From NCBI GenBank assembly GCA_027309555.1, contig DAIDCO010000003.1:6737-70736 (forward strand): 64,000 nt of DNA, in the 5' to 3' direction. The stretch comes from a bacterium. Lineage in GTDB: Archaea; Thermoplasmatota; Thermoplasmata; Lutacidiplasmatales; UBA184. A program made the translations under genes and the position numbers. The notes under the pieces are model-generated. The model saw only the letters and a program-made list of their open reading frames with translations. It was not told the origin of the DNA and ran no database searches. Below, piece by piece: positions 1-9,094 of the stretch (its first letter is position 1; every line of letters begins with the position of its first letter).

Positions 1-354
1 CGGGAGCAGGTTCTGTGGTGCCGTCGAGCGATGGCCGAACGAAGGCAACGGGAGGGCGGGTAGTACGTTGCGCGTAGGCGGGGCGTACGGACGGACGGGG
101 GCAAGGAGCAGGACGGGGGAAGCTCTACGCGGTACTGTCCGCGCGCGAAGGCGGGAGGGCCACCTACACCGACCCAACCGTACGTCCGTCCGTCCGTCCG
201 TACGCCGCTGGCCGCCCGCCTGCGCCGTCGTTCTCCTCGAGAAAGCCCGCGCAAGGCATACCGTTAGGGCGTACGCACCTGAACGAAGGCGTGCGTACGC
301 CTGCGTCCACCTCCGGGATGGCGTCGGCGCCCCCCGGGGCTCGACCCGAGGCGT

Positions 355-1203
355 GTGGCCGGAGGGCTAGAGATGGAGGGCACGAGCAGCGAACCCGACA
401 CCGGAGACGGCACGGTCGCCCGCGGCGCGATGCTGCACCGCGTAGGGGGACTGAGCTGGGCCGAAGCTGCTGCTCGGATCGGGTACGCGAGCGGTTCCCC
501 CGACCCGGGCGACGCGCTCCGGCAAGCGGTCCTCCGTCGGGAGAAGAAGGCTCGTCGGGCGGGGCCTGTGCAGGCCCCCGACGGGGAGGGTCCGCTCGGC
601 CCCACCATCGCAGTCCGGGGTGACGGTGCGGACGGCAGCGATTCGCGGCCCAACGGCGACGACCCGACGGGCGAGGCCGACGGCTCGGACTCGGGGCCAT
701 CTCGAGAGTCGCCCGCGGTCGGGTCCTCACCAGTGGCTGGACCCATGCTGGAACTTGCCCCATTCCGCGAGACCCTGGCACTTCACGCGGAGGAGCTCGC
801 CGAGGTGAGGCGGGCGCTGGAATCCGTAGGTCCTCTCGCGGACCGGGCGGTGCGCCTCGAAGGCGCCGTCGCGGGCCTGCGCCAAGACGTGCTCGCGGCG
901 ACCGAGCGGATTGACCGAATCGACGGCGCTGTCGAGACCCTTGCGGGCGAACTGGGAACCCTCCGGGACCAGCTCCTCCGCGCGCACGGCGCAATCAGCT
1001 CGCTTGAGATGCGCACCGCGGCGGTCGACGAGGGTTCGAGAAAGGTGCTCGCGGTCGCACAGGACCTCGCGAAGTCGGTAGCGGCGGAGCGTGAGGTGCG
1101 CGCGGCCGCCGTCCGCGACCACTTCGCTTGGCTCGTGGAAATCGAGGCGGACTTAGAGGCCGCCGGTCTCCGGCATGCGGCGACCTATCGGGGGATGCGG
1201 TGA
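355..1203 (+). CDS. hypothetical protein, N-terminal HTH-like segment, acidic linker, C-terminal coiled coil
   Basis: 282-aa ORF. N-terminal LSWAEAAARIGYASGS resembles an HTH. The C-terminal half is a heptad-like Ala/Leu/Glu/Arg coiled coil. Its stop overlaps the GTG start of the downstream recombinase (GTGA). Confidence 0.4.
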   Translation: MAGGLEMEGTSSEPDTGDGTVARGAMLHRVGGLSWAEAAARIGYASGSPDPGDALRQAVLRREKKARRAGPVQAPDGEGPLGPTIAVRGDGADGSDSRPNGDDPTGEADGSDSGPSRESPAVGSSPVAGPMLELAPFRETLALHAEELAEVRRALESVGPLADRAVRLEGAVAGLRQDVLAATERIDRIDGAVETLAGELGTLRDQLLRAHGAISSLEMRTAAVDEGSRKVLAVAQDLAKSVAAEREVRAAAVRDHFAWLVEIEADLEAAGLRHAATYRGMR

Positions 1204-1907
1204 GCGACCCGAACCGCGTCGCTCTCTACCTGCGAGTATCGACACGGGAGCAGTCCATCGACGGTCAAGAGCGGGAACTAAGGGAGGAGGCCGCCCGCCG
1301 CGGTTGGGTGGTCGCCGCAGTCTTCCGAGAGAAGGCCTCCGCGAGCGGCACCGTCCCCCGGACGGAGTACGACCGGCTCATGAGCGAAGCCAAGCCGGCT
1401 GCACGGCAGTGGTCGCACCTAATGGTCTGGAGTCTCGACCGCTTCAGCCGGGAGACCTTTACCAAGGCGGCTCAGTCGGTGCTCGACCTCGAGCGGCTTG
1501 GGATTCGCTTCCACTCCCTGAAAGAACCGGTCGTCGACACCCCTGAGGACGGGGTGCCGGCTTTCGGGCGAGACGCCATGCTCGCGCTTCTCCCCGTGAT
1601 CGCGAGTTTCGAGTCGCGGCGCCGGAGCGAGCGGGTCCGCCTAGCTCTTGCCGAGATTAAGGCGGGGCGACGCAAGGCGCGGGGGAAGCTCGGGCCGGCG
1701 TTCAAGGTCGACCTCCGGTCAATTCGAAGGGCCGAGGCCATGCGAAAACAGGGCAAGACGTGGAACGACGTGGCGCGGAGCCTCGGAATCAAGTGCGAAA
1801 CGATACGGAGTGCCACCTTCAAGGCGAAACACGGTCTCCGTGCGTTCCCGGAGGCCCTCGTTCCCGGAGTTCCCGGTCCCCCCGGAGGAGAGATATCGGT
1901 CCAATGA
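1200..1907 (+). CDS. serine recombinase (resolvase/invertase family)
   Basis: N-terminal VALYLRVSTREQ with catalytic Ser context, internal LDRFSR motif, and a C-terminal HTH-like tail. GTG start at 1200 inside the longer 1128 ORF. About 60% identical by eye to the recombinase at 62511. Confidence 0.8.
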   Translation: MSDPNRVALYLRVSTREQSIDGQERELREEAARRGWVVAAVFREKASASGTVPRTEYDRLMSEAKPAARQWSHLMVWSLDRFSRETFTKAAQSVLDLERLGIRFHSLKEPVVDTPEDGVPAFGRDAMLALLPVIASFESRRRSERVRLALAEIKAGRRKARGKLGPAFKVDLRSIRRAEAMRKQGKTWNDVARSLGIKCETIRSATFKAKHGLRAFPEALVPGVPGPPGGEISVQ

Positions 1908-2293
1908 GGTGGCCGAGGAAGCCTTCGGAACGCCCCGACCCTGAGCAGAGGGAGGCGATGGCGAAGGGTCGCCGCCTGGAATTTGGCGTGCGAACGGAGT
2001 ATTCCACCGACCGCCTCAAGACCGGGCCGGTTGTGCGACGGAAGAACCGTCCTTGGTGCAGCTGCGGTTGGGCGGGAGAGACTTACCTCAACTCGTCGTA
2101 CGGGCCCGAGGTTCTCATGGCCCACCTCAGGGGCGCGCACGCCATCCAACCGGAGGTGCCCAGGATTTGGCGGCGCGTCCTCGAGTTCTATGGGACCTAC
2201 GCCCCGCCTAGTGCTTCGGAATCAGAACCAGCCCAGGTGGGGGGGACTGATCGCCCCGGGGAATCCCACGCCGGAGATCCGTGCGAGCCATGA
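1904..2293 (+). CDS. small Cys-containing hypothetical protein, translationally coupled to the recombinase
   Basis: ATG at 1904 overlaps the recombinase stop (ATGA). Contains a WCSCGW motif. No recognisable family. Confidence 0.3.
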   Translation: MRWPRKPSERPDPEQREAMAKGRRLEFGVRTEYSTDRLKTGPVVRRKNRPWCSCGWAGETYLNSSYGPEVLMAHLRGAHAIQPEVPRIWRRVLEFYGTYAPPSASESEPAQVGGTDRPGESHAGDPCEP

Positions 2294-3035
2294 GGCGTTT
2301 CTCGACGCGAAAGCGACCCGTTAGGAACGCTCCTTCCGGACCCTGGTCCCTTCTCAGGGGCGAGCTTCTATCGCGCTTCGAGGCGCTCGGCGCGGTTCGG
2401 CCCCGGGCCAGAGCGCGCAGAGCGCGCCGTCGGCTCCGTATCTCGCGGTCAGATCCCCGTAAGCAGCGCCGACCAGGGAGAGCCCGAGCGCACGCGCGCA
2501 GCCGCCAGAGAGCGGTAGCTGCTCCGGGTGCCGCTCCACGTGGCGAGCGCCCGTGGCGAACGATCGACCCATGCTGGCTATGCGTCTGGGCTGAGGGTCA
2601 CTCGGTGCCGTCGCTTCGAGGTCACGTTTTCCGGCATCACGGGAGAGCGGTCTGGAACTCCCGCCCCACGAAGAAGGACCGGCTCGCGCTCGCCCTGAAG
2701 CTGCGCGCGCCGAAGCCGAAGAAGGCGGGGCCCCAGCGCTCTGCGCAGCCGCCCGGCCCGTTCCTGCCTACCCCGAACCCCCCTCCGAGGAGCGCCGAGA
2801 CGCCCGCGATGGACCGGCGGCCCGGTGTTACTGGCGGCGGGCGCGGGCCGTCGCGGGGGAGCGCGCCCGTCGCGGCTTGCACGCGGTGCGACTTTGAGGC
2901 ACGTAACATGGCTGAGCTGACGTCACACGTCGCCGAGGCGCACGCGAGACCCGGCGATCGAGAGTCGGCACCCGACAACATCGAGCTAGCTTGAGATCCC
3001 CCCCCGCGTAAAAGGGCGCGGGCGCATGGAAGTAC

Positions 3036-3347
3036 GTGGCTAATCCCTCAGTGACGATTGAACTCAGCCCCGAATCGGCCCTCGTGATCGCGCGCGGCGG
3101 TAAATCCGCCGTCGATGAGCGGGCCCGTAGAAAGCTCGTCGAGGCTGAAGTCGAGCCGGACGAAATCGAGCGCATCCGCGCAGATCCGGTCTATGTGACC
3201 TCGTGCGAGAAGGGGGCCGTCCTCGTAAAACAACGCATGGCGAGTCGGCGTGGCTTGCCACGTAATCTCACGATCGAGTTCTCCGACCCGCGGCGCAAGC
3301 CGCCGACCGACGAGTCCCCGAAGGCGGCCCCCCCGCCCCGAACCTGA
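3036..3347 (+). CDS. hypothetical protein
   Basis: 103-aa ORF with non-repetitive composition (MANPSVTIELSPESALVIARGG...). No family recognised. Confidence 0.3.
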   Translation: MANPSVTIELSPESALVIARGGKSAVDERARRKLVEAEVEPDEIERIRADPVYVTSCEKGAVLVKQRMASRRGLPRNLTIEFSDPRRKPPTDESPKAAPPPRT

Positions 3348-3357
3348 GGGCGGCGCC

Positions 3358-3594
3358 GTGCTGGGGGCCGTTCTCTTCGCCCTCTTGGCAACGAGCCTCG
3401 AAATCGCCCTGGGCCTCCTCGGTGCGCCCACCGCTCTCGTGATCGTTGTCGGTCTCGCGCTCGTCGCCACCGGGGTCCTCTTCGTGTCGTGGCACCCGCT
3501 CGCCGTCGCGGCGTCCTGCGGTCTCTACCTGCTTGCGGTCCTCGCAGGCCTCGTCGCCTTTTCGCTCCTCGGGCTCGCGTTGCAAGCCTTCTAA
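3358..3594 (+). CDS. small membrane protein (2-3 TM helices)
   Basis: GTG start inside the 3250 ORF. About 78 aa, almost entirely hydrophobic helices (LFALLATSLEIALGLLGAPTALVIVVGLALVATGVLFVSW...). Confidence 0.4.
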   Translation: MLGAVLFALLATSLEIALGLLGAPTALVIVVGLALVATGVLFVSWHPLAVAASCGLYLLAVLAGLVAFSLLGLALQAF

Positions 3595-3601
3595 AAAAGG
3601 A

Positions 3602-3621
3602 GGGCGGCCCTCGGGCCGCCC
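3602..3621 (-). terminator. hairpin terminator-like structure between convergent genes
   Basis: GGGCGGCCC..GGGCCGCCC is a perfect 9-nt inverted repeat. On the minus strand it is followed by a run of six T (complement of AAAAAA at 3595-3600), downstream of the minus-strand gene that ends at 3639. Confidence 0.4.
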
Positions 3622-3638
3622 CGGAATGGGTTGCGTCG

Positions 3639-4283
3639 TCAGGCGAGAGTCACCGTCAGCGTCGTGATACTCGTCGGGGCACTGGGCCCGTAGTCGACGT
3701 AGAGGTAGACCGTCGGATTCGTCCCGGCGGCTCCGGCGGCCACGGTCAGAGTTGCGGCGTTCGTCTGGGTCCCGCTCGCCCCCGACCACGTGGTTACGAT
3801 CGAGACCGAGATCGTCGCGGCGGTGAGCGTGGCCGCCGTCGTGAACGTCCACAGCTCACTGAAATCACCCGTCGCGCAGGCCGTGCCGCCCGTCGTGCCA
3901 CTCAGGAAAACGGCGGCGGCGCCATTCGTGAGCGAGCTGCCGGGAACGGCCACGGCGCTGCTCGTGCACGACGCGACATTCGCACTGTTCCACTGCGGGA
4001 CGGCCACGGCGGATAGCGTCGGGGCGGTCGGCAGATCGGTTTCGGTGACGCCGTTACCGGTGTAGGTCACCGGATTCTGTTGGTTCACGACGGTGCCGGA
4101 CCCGCTATAGACCATCGCCGCGGCGAACCCCACGGTAATGCCGACGACCAAGAGCCCCGCGAGGAGGCTGATTGCCGTTCGTCGACTGACCCCGCGTCCG
4201 CGACGGGCTGCCCGGATATACCCCCGGGTTGGGTCGTTTGTCTCAGGTCGTCTCGCCTCGTTCGTTTCGGTAGTTGGTCTCAT
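3639..4283 (-). CDS. secreted/surface Thr-Ser-Ala-rich protein with N-terminal hydrophobic anchor (pilin/class III signal-like)
   Basis: N-terminus RGRGVSRRTAISLLAGLLVVGITVGFAAAMVY, then a low-complexity T/S/A/G/N-rich extracellular region. True start may be the internal GTG near 4190. Confidence 0.45.
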   Translation of the reverse strand: MRPTTETNEARRPETNDPTRGYIRAARRGRGVSRRTAISLLAGLLVVGITVGFAAAMVYSGSGTVVNQQNPVTYTGNGVTETDLPTAPTLSAVAVPQWNSANVASCTSSAVAVPGSSLTNGAAAVFLSGTTGGTACATGDFSELWTFTTAATLTAATISVSIVTTWSGASGTQTNAATLTVAAGAAGTNPTVYLYVDYGPSAPTSITTLTVTLA

Positions 4284-4316
4284 TTTCGCTTCCCCTAGGC
4301 GCGAAAGTGTTGGGTT

Positions 4317-4646
4317 CTAGGGCGAGTTCAAAGCGAACGCTTGCGCACCACCTCCTCTCTCGGCTCGTGTCCCCGGCGAGAGCCGCCCTCGGCTCGGGTC
4401 CTCGCGGAGAATCAGGGCAGCGAGCTGGACGAGCGCGGCCTCGGACGGCGGTCGCGCTCCGCGCGACGCGATGAATCGGTCGACGAAGGCGAAGAGCTCC
4501 TTCGAAGGGACCTCGAGAAGTGCGACCGAGTGCCGCTCGAGCACCGCGACGTAGGTCCGGCCGAACCCGTGACGGATCCTCGCGAAGGCCTCGCGCTCGA
4601 GGTCGGCGAGGATCCCGAGCGCTGCGGCCTTTGGGTCCTCCTTCAT
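4317..4646 (-). CDS. hypothetical small protein
   Basis: 109-aa ORF from ATG at 4646 (MKEDPKAAALGILADLEREAFARIRHGFGRTYVAVLERH...). Its start overlaps the stop of the upstream gene (ATGA). Confidence 0.4.
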   Translation of the reverse strand: MKEDPKAAALGILADLEREAFARIRHGFGRTYVAVLERHSVALLEVPSKELFAFVDRFIASRGARPPSEAALVQLAALILREDPSRGRLSPGTRAERGGGAQAFALNSP

Positions 4647-5488
4647 GAGGCGCCTCCGGGAGTCGAATCCCCGGCCGGCGGGGGGACCGGCCGGGGCCCC
4701 CCGGCCGCTCGCCCTTGCGGACGGTGCCGACGAGTGCCGAGGAGGGTGAGGACCGGGAACTCGAGGAGACCTCCCTCGACCGCCCGGAGGAGATGGAGAG
4801 CGAACGGTCGGTCGAGGAGACGGAATCGGATCGTCTCCTTCCGGACGTACATGTCCAGGAGCGCCGGGGCGCGGCAGTACCTCGAGTCGACAGCGACGTA
4901 TGGTTCCCCCTCCCACAGGACGAGGACGCCCCCCTTCGGGGTCCCGGCCGCCCTGCTCCGGTCGAGACCGTCAACGAGCAGATGGGGCAGGTAATCGGGC
5001 CGGGCCGGGATCCCGGTTCGGGGACCGGCCGCGAGACGACGACGGATTGAGAGCTCGACCGGTAACCGGAACGAGAGGAGAGCGACGGCCAGGACCAGCG
5101 AGGCCCCGACCCCCGCCGGCGGCAGGACCCCACCTCCTGCCAAGGGAACCCACGCGGCGAAAAGATAGAAACCGAGAACGAGGAAAGCCGCCGCGCCGAC
5201 CTCCAGCGCCGACCTCGCGAGCAGCAAGTAGAAACCGGCCAACCGGGGTGCCAACACGGAGGCGGTCCCGGAGACTCCGTCCCATTCCTTGACCAGCGAG
5301 AGAATAACACACCGGTCGCACGAGGCGTTCGGTGCCTTCGGTCGACCACAGAAGGCACACCCGGACGCGCTCATTGAATCTCGAGCAGGGCAGGCGGAGG
5401 AAGGCGAACGAGGGGAGCGGGCCGAGGTCGGCAGCGCGAGCACCCCTCGAACTCGGCGAACGAGTCGAAGGAGCCACAGAGCGGGCAC
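4643..5488 (-). CDS. hypothetical membrane protein with N-terminal Cys4 zinc-ribbon-like motif
   Basis: CAFCGRPKAPNASCDRC motif followed by predicted TM helices (FYLLLARSALEVGAAAFLVLGFYLFAAWVPLAGG). Confidence 0.35.
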   Translation of the reverse strand: MPALWLLRLVRRVRGVLALPTSARSPRSPSSACPARDSMSASGCAFCGRPKAPNASCDRCVILSLVKEWDGVSGTASVLAPRLAGFYLLLARSALEVGAAAFLVLGFYLFAAWVPLAGGGVLPPAGVGASLVLAVALLSFRLPVELSIRRRLAAGPRTGIPARPDYLPHLLVDGLDRSRAAGTPKGGVLVLWEGEPYVAVDSRYCRAPALLDMYVRKETIRFRLLDRPFALHLLRAVEGGLLEFPVLTLLGTRRHRPQGRAAGGPRPVPPPAGDSTPGGAS

Positions 5489-5639
5489 TCCGAGAGAGAA
5501 AGCCGGACCGTTGCCCCGGGGGGCCCGACCCGGGTCACAGCCGCTCCCGGAACGTCAGGGCCCTACCGCCCAGGATGGGGAAGGAATCGAGCAGGAGCAG
5601 CTTCGCAAGGTCGGGTCGGGGCGTCGCCGCTCCGTCCCC

Positions 5640-5790
5640 CCGCACGGGGACACTCATACCTGGCCGCACGCAGTTCCGATATATTTACCCTTTCGTTTAC
5701 CCTCTCCTGTCGGCGGCTGTCCAACTTTCCCCGATGACTAGGCTTGACTTAATTTACCCTCTACCCTATCCTCTTAATCGTGGCGCGTAA
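5640..5790. promoter_or_regulatory. AT-rich divergent promoter region with three TTTACCCT repeats
   Basis: A local GC drop inside a roughly 70% GC genome. ATATATTTACCCTTTCGTTTACCCTCTCC ... TTAATTTACCCTCTACC lies between a minus-strand gene (start 5488) and a plus-strand gene (start 5780). Confidence 0.4.
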
Positions 5791-5989
5791 CTCCCCGCGC
5801 GTGGCGGTTCACGTCTTCAGGTCGAAAGTTTACCGAGTGGCACTCAAGAGCGGGAGCGCTACGTACCGGGTGACGCTCCCCGCACCCCTGGTGGTAGTCA
5901 TGGATCTCTCCGGGGGGGACGAGATCCAGTGGACGTACGACGCGTCGACCCGGCAGATTCAGGTGGGAAAGGCGAAGCGCGGGAAGTAG
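5780..5989 (+). CDS. AbrB/SpoVT-type swapped-hairpin DNA-binding protein
   Basis: 69 aa. YRVTLPAPLVVVMDLSGGDEIQWTYD matches the AbrB N-domain pattern (GRVVIP...GD.lei..D). Confidence 0.45.
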   Translation: MARNSPRVAVHVFRSKVYRVALKSGSATYRVTLPAPLVVVMDLSGGDEIQWTYDASTRQIQVGKAKRGK

Positions 5990-6022
5990 GTCTCGGTACC
6001 GATGCTCATACGCCCGGGGGCG

Positions 6023-6670
6023 TTAAGCATGTCCGTGTTCGAACTCCTCCACCGCCTGACGGAAAGCGCGCATCTTCGCGAGGTCCTTCACTCCCGGCGC
6101 GCTCTCGATTCCCGACGAGACGTCGACCCCCCACGGGTTCACGGTGGCGAGCGCCTCCCCGACGTTCTCCGGCGAGAGACCGCCCGCGAGCACGAACTTG
6201 CGGCCGGGGTGGGCGTCCACGATACGGGCACAGACCTCCCAGTCGGGGCGTACGCCGCTGCCCCCGGGCAACGGCTGGCCGGCGGCATCGAGATGGACCC
6301 GCGGGTAGTCCTCCGCCGGCGGAATGCGGGCCTCGGAGGTCGCCGCGCCGGGCGCCGCGACCGGCACCGACGGCACGAGATGGTGCACCTCGAGGAACTC
6401 GAGGCCCGCCGGGACCTCTCCGTAGACCTGGACCCGGTCGACCCCCACCTCATCGAAGAGGCGGTGGATGAGCTCCGCGGACGGCGAGACCACGACCGCC
6501 CACGCCTCGGCCTCGCTCGGCACCTCCGCGATCAGCCCCGCCGCTTTCTCGAGGGTAAGGTTCCGGGGCGAAGCCGGGACGTCGATCACGAACCCGGCGG
6601 CCCCTCCCGCCGGAACCTCGGCGAGGTGGGCCGGATCGGTGAGCCCGCAGAACTTCACGAACGTCGTCAT
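6023..6670 (-). CDS. trpF: phosphoribosylanthranilate isomerase
   Basis: FVKFCGLT N-terminal motif, about 215 aa, and it is the last gene of the trp cluster. Confidence 0.85.
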   Translation of the reverse strand: MTTFVKFCGLTDPAHLAEVPAGGAAGFVIDVPASPRNLTLEKAAGLIAEVPSEAEAWAVVVSPSAELIHRLFDEVGVDRVQVYGEVPAGLEFLEVHHLVPSVPVAAPGAATSEARIPPAEDYPRVHLDAAGQPLPGGSGVRPDWEVCARIVDAHPGRKFVLAGGLSPENVGEALATVNPWGVDVSSGIESAPGVKDLAKMRAFRQAVEEFEHGHA

Positions 6671-7476
6671 GCGGGGCCCTCTTCCCGGGAACGGCGCGCA
6701 AGGGAGGCCAGGAACTGCACGGGCGCTCGCGCCCGGGCGAGCCCGCTACCCACGAGGATCCCGTCGACCCCCGCCTGCCAGAACGCGTCGGCCTCGCGAG
6801 GACCCTCTACGCCGCTGAGCCCGAGGAGCGGGTGGAGGCCCAGGGAACGTGCGGCGGCGATCGTCCGCGCGGCGGTCGATCGGTCGAGGGCCAGGGTGTC
6901 CAGGTCTCGGACGTTCACACCGTACATGTCGGCCGCCACCTGCCCGACCACACTTAATTCTGCCCTATCGTGGAACTCGAGCAGTACCTCGAGGCCCGCG
7001 ACGTGCGCGAGCTCGGCGAGCTCTGGGAGAGGCCTCGGGATCCGCCCCTCCGTACCGAGCCGGGCGATCAGCAGGATCGCGCTCGCGCCGGCGCGGCGCG
7101 CGGCCTCGACCTGGACCGGGTCGACCAGGAAATCCTTGAACAGTACGGGCGCGGACGTCGCCGCCGCGAGCGCTGCGACGTCCCGAGGGCTGCCCTCGAA
7201 GCGGGGGCGTGCCGCGAGGCAGGAGTACCCGGTGACGTCGGCCGATCGCGTCACATCGACGAACTCCCGGATGCTGCGCGCCGGGAGGCGGGGGTCGGCT
7301 TGGCCGGGAGAGACTCGCTTGTATTCGACCAAAAGCCCGCCGCGCGAGCGGTCCCGGTCGAGCGCCTTACGGAGGCTCGGGCGCGCCGTTAGCCGCTCCG
7401 AAGGGAGGCCGGAAAGGTACTCGGGCGACCGGACGGCCGCGACCGTCTCCCGGACGATCTCAACGAGAAAGCCCAT
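6667..7476 (-). CDS. trpC: indole-3-glycerol phosphate synthase
   Basis: 269 aa, MGFLVEIV...LLVEYKRVSP...VLFKDF...NVRDL motifs. Only this part of the 721-aa track ORF (6667..8832) is called; the rest is out-of-frame overlap with trpD/trpG. Confidence 0.85.
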   Translation of the reverse strand: MGFLVEIVRETVAAVRSPEYLSGLPSERLTARPSLRKALDRDRSRGGLLVEYKRVSPGQADPRLPARSIREFVDVTRSADVTGYSCLAARPRFEGSPRDVAALAAATSAPVLFKDFLVDPVQVEAARRAGASAILLIARLGTEGRIPRPLPELAELAHVAGLEVLLEFHDRAELSVVGQVAADMYGVNVRDLDTLALDRSTAARTIAAARSLGLHPLLGLSGVEGPREADAFWQAGVDGILVGSGLARARAPVQFLASLARRSREEGPA

Positions 7477-7478
7477 GC

Positions 7479-8516
7479 TCAGGGCCTCCCGGGACCACGA
7501 CGCTCGCGGGCGATCGCGAGGACCGACGCAAATCGCTCCTCGGCGCGGCCGTCGTCGAGCGCCTCTCGCGCGCGCTCGACGCCGAGGGCGAGCGACGCGG
7601 CCGCTCCGGATCTCCAGATCGCCGCGCCGCTCGTGAGCAGCACCGAGCCACGTCGAGCGCCTCCGCCCCCGGCCAAGAGGCGTCGGGCCTCCTCGGCGGC
7701 CGCCGGCGGAGGTAACGGACCCCAGTCGCCGCGCCGGTCCTCGGTCGGCAACAGTTCCTTCGCACGGACCCGGATCGTCCGCGTGCCGTCCGCGTCCCAG
7801 ACGACCGCCGTGGTCGTACCGCGCGGAGAGAACTCGTCGCATCCCTCGCTCGAGGTCATGGCGAGGCCGCGGCGGACCCCGAGACGGCTGAGCGCGGCCG
7901 CCACCCGGTGCGCCGACTCGACGCTCGGCACCCCCACGACCTGGAACGGAACCGCCGCCGGATTGGAGAGCGGACCGAGCCGGTTGAACAAGGTCGGGAT
8001 CCCGATGAGCCGGCGCGCCTCCGCCACGGCGCGGGCTGCCGGGTGGAACAGCGGCGCGTGCAGGAACGCGAGGCGACAGCGCTCGTACGACGCGTGGGCG
8101 AACCCGACGTCCGTCGTCACGGGGAGGCCGAGCGCTTCGAGGAGGTCGCTCGACCCGCACGGCCCCCGAGCGCTTCGGTTCCCGTGTTTCACGACGGGGA
8201 CGCCGGCCGCCGCGACCACGAACGCGCTCACCGTGGAGATGTTGTACGACGGGCGCGGAGCGCCGCCCGACCCGCAAAGGTCGACCGGTCGGTCGCCGGC
8301 CGGCAGGGGGAACGGGCGCGCCCGGCGCCGCATCTCGAGCGCGAACGCCGCGAGCTCGTTCGCGTCCACGTCGCGCGCCGCGAGCGCCACGAGGATCGCG
8401 GCCCGCTCGGCGTCCGTGGCCGTCGGGGCGAGGAGGGCGTCGAACGTCGCGCCGGCCGCGCGACGTGAGAGCGGGGTAGCGTCGAGCAGCCGAGCGAGCG
8501 TCTCCGGGGTGGTCAT
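7479..8516 (-). CDS. trpD: anthranilate phosphoribosyltransferase
   Basis: 345 aa, with CGSGGAPRPSYNISTVSAFVVAAAGVPVVKHGNRS, the glycine-rich PRPP-binding signature. Confidence 0.85.
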   Translation of the reverse strand: MTTPETLARLLDATPLSRRAAGATFDALLAPTATDAERAAILVALAARDVDANELAAFALEMRRRARPFPLPAGDRPVDLCGSGGAPRPSYNISTVSAFVVAAAGVPVVKHGNRSARGPCGSSDLLEALGLPVTTDVGFAHASYERCRLAFLHAPLFHPAARAVAEARRLIGIPTLFNRLGPLSNPAAVPFQVVGVPSVESAHRVAAALSRLGVRRGLAMTSSEGCDEFSPRGTTTAVVWDADGTRTIRVRAKELLPTEDRRGDWGPLPPPAAAEEARRLLAGGGGARRGSVLLTSGAAIWRSGAAASLALGVERAREALDDGRAEERFASVLAIARERRGPGRP

Positions 8517-9094
8517 CTCCGCACCTCCTCGAGGAAGTTCCGCAACAGGGCGGGTCCGTGACGCGTGAGGTAGGACTCCGGGTGGAACTGGACCGATTCC
8601 ACGGGGCGGGTGCGGTGGCGCAGGGCCATGACGGTCCCCTCCGGGCCCCGGGCCGAAACCTCGAGCCCGCGCGGGACGGTCGAGGGCCGGACGACGAGCG
8701 AATGATATCGGGCGGCCGACATCGGGGAGGGTATCCCCTCGAAGATCCCCCGCCCGTCATGGAGGACCTCCGAGAGCTCGCCGTGGACCGGCTCCGGCGC
8801 GCGACCGACCATTGCCCCGTAGTGCTCCCCAATGAGCTGGTGGCCCAGGCAGACGCCGAGGAACGGCCGTTCGGTGTCCCAGCGGGCGAGGAGAGCGCGG
8901 GAGAGTCCCGTCACTCGTCGATCGCGCGGATGCCCCGGGCCCGGCGAAAGGACGACCGCGTCCGGGTCCGCCGCGATCGCCCGGCGCAGCGGCTCGGTGG
9001 CCCGTAGGCAGCGGACCGTCGCGCCGTGCGCCGCGAGCGCCTGCTCGATATTGTGCACGAACGAGTCCTCGTGGTCGATGAGAAGGATCTTCAC
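8513..9094 (-). CDS. trpG: anthranilate synthase component II (glutamine amidotransferase)
   Basis: GTG start overlapping the trpE stop (GTGA). VKILLIDHEDSF...GVCLGHQ (catalytic Cys)...HPES. Confidence 0.85.
   Translation of the reverse strand: MKILLIDHEDSFVHNIEQALAAHGATVRCLRATEPLRRAIAADPDAVVLSPGPGHPRDRRVTGLSRALLARWDTERPFLGVCLGHQLIGEHYGAMVGRAPEPVHGELSEVLHDGRGIFEGIPSPMSAARYHSLVVRPSTVPRGLEVSARGPEGTVMALRHRTRPVESVQFHPESYLTRHGPALLRNFLEEVRR

Noticed and set aside
2281-2994. 237-aa ORF ending in a C2H2-like CTRC...HVAEAH motif
   Set aside because: Most of the frame is Arg/Pro-rich low complexity. A short, roughly 60-aa zinc-finger gene (about 2809..2994) is conceivable but cannot be supported without homology.
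6002-7636. 544-aa plus-strand ORF across trpF/trpC
   Set aside because: Antisense shadow frame of the trp genes. Arg/Pro/Gly-rich low-complexity translation typical of high-GC DNA. The real genes lie on the opposite strand.
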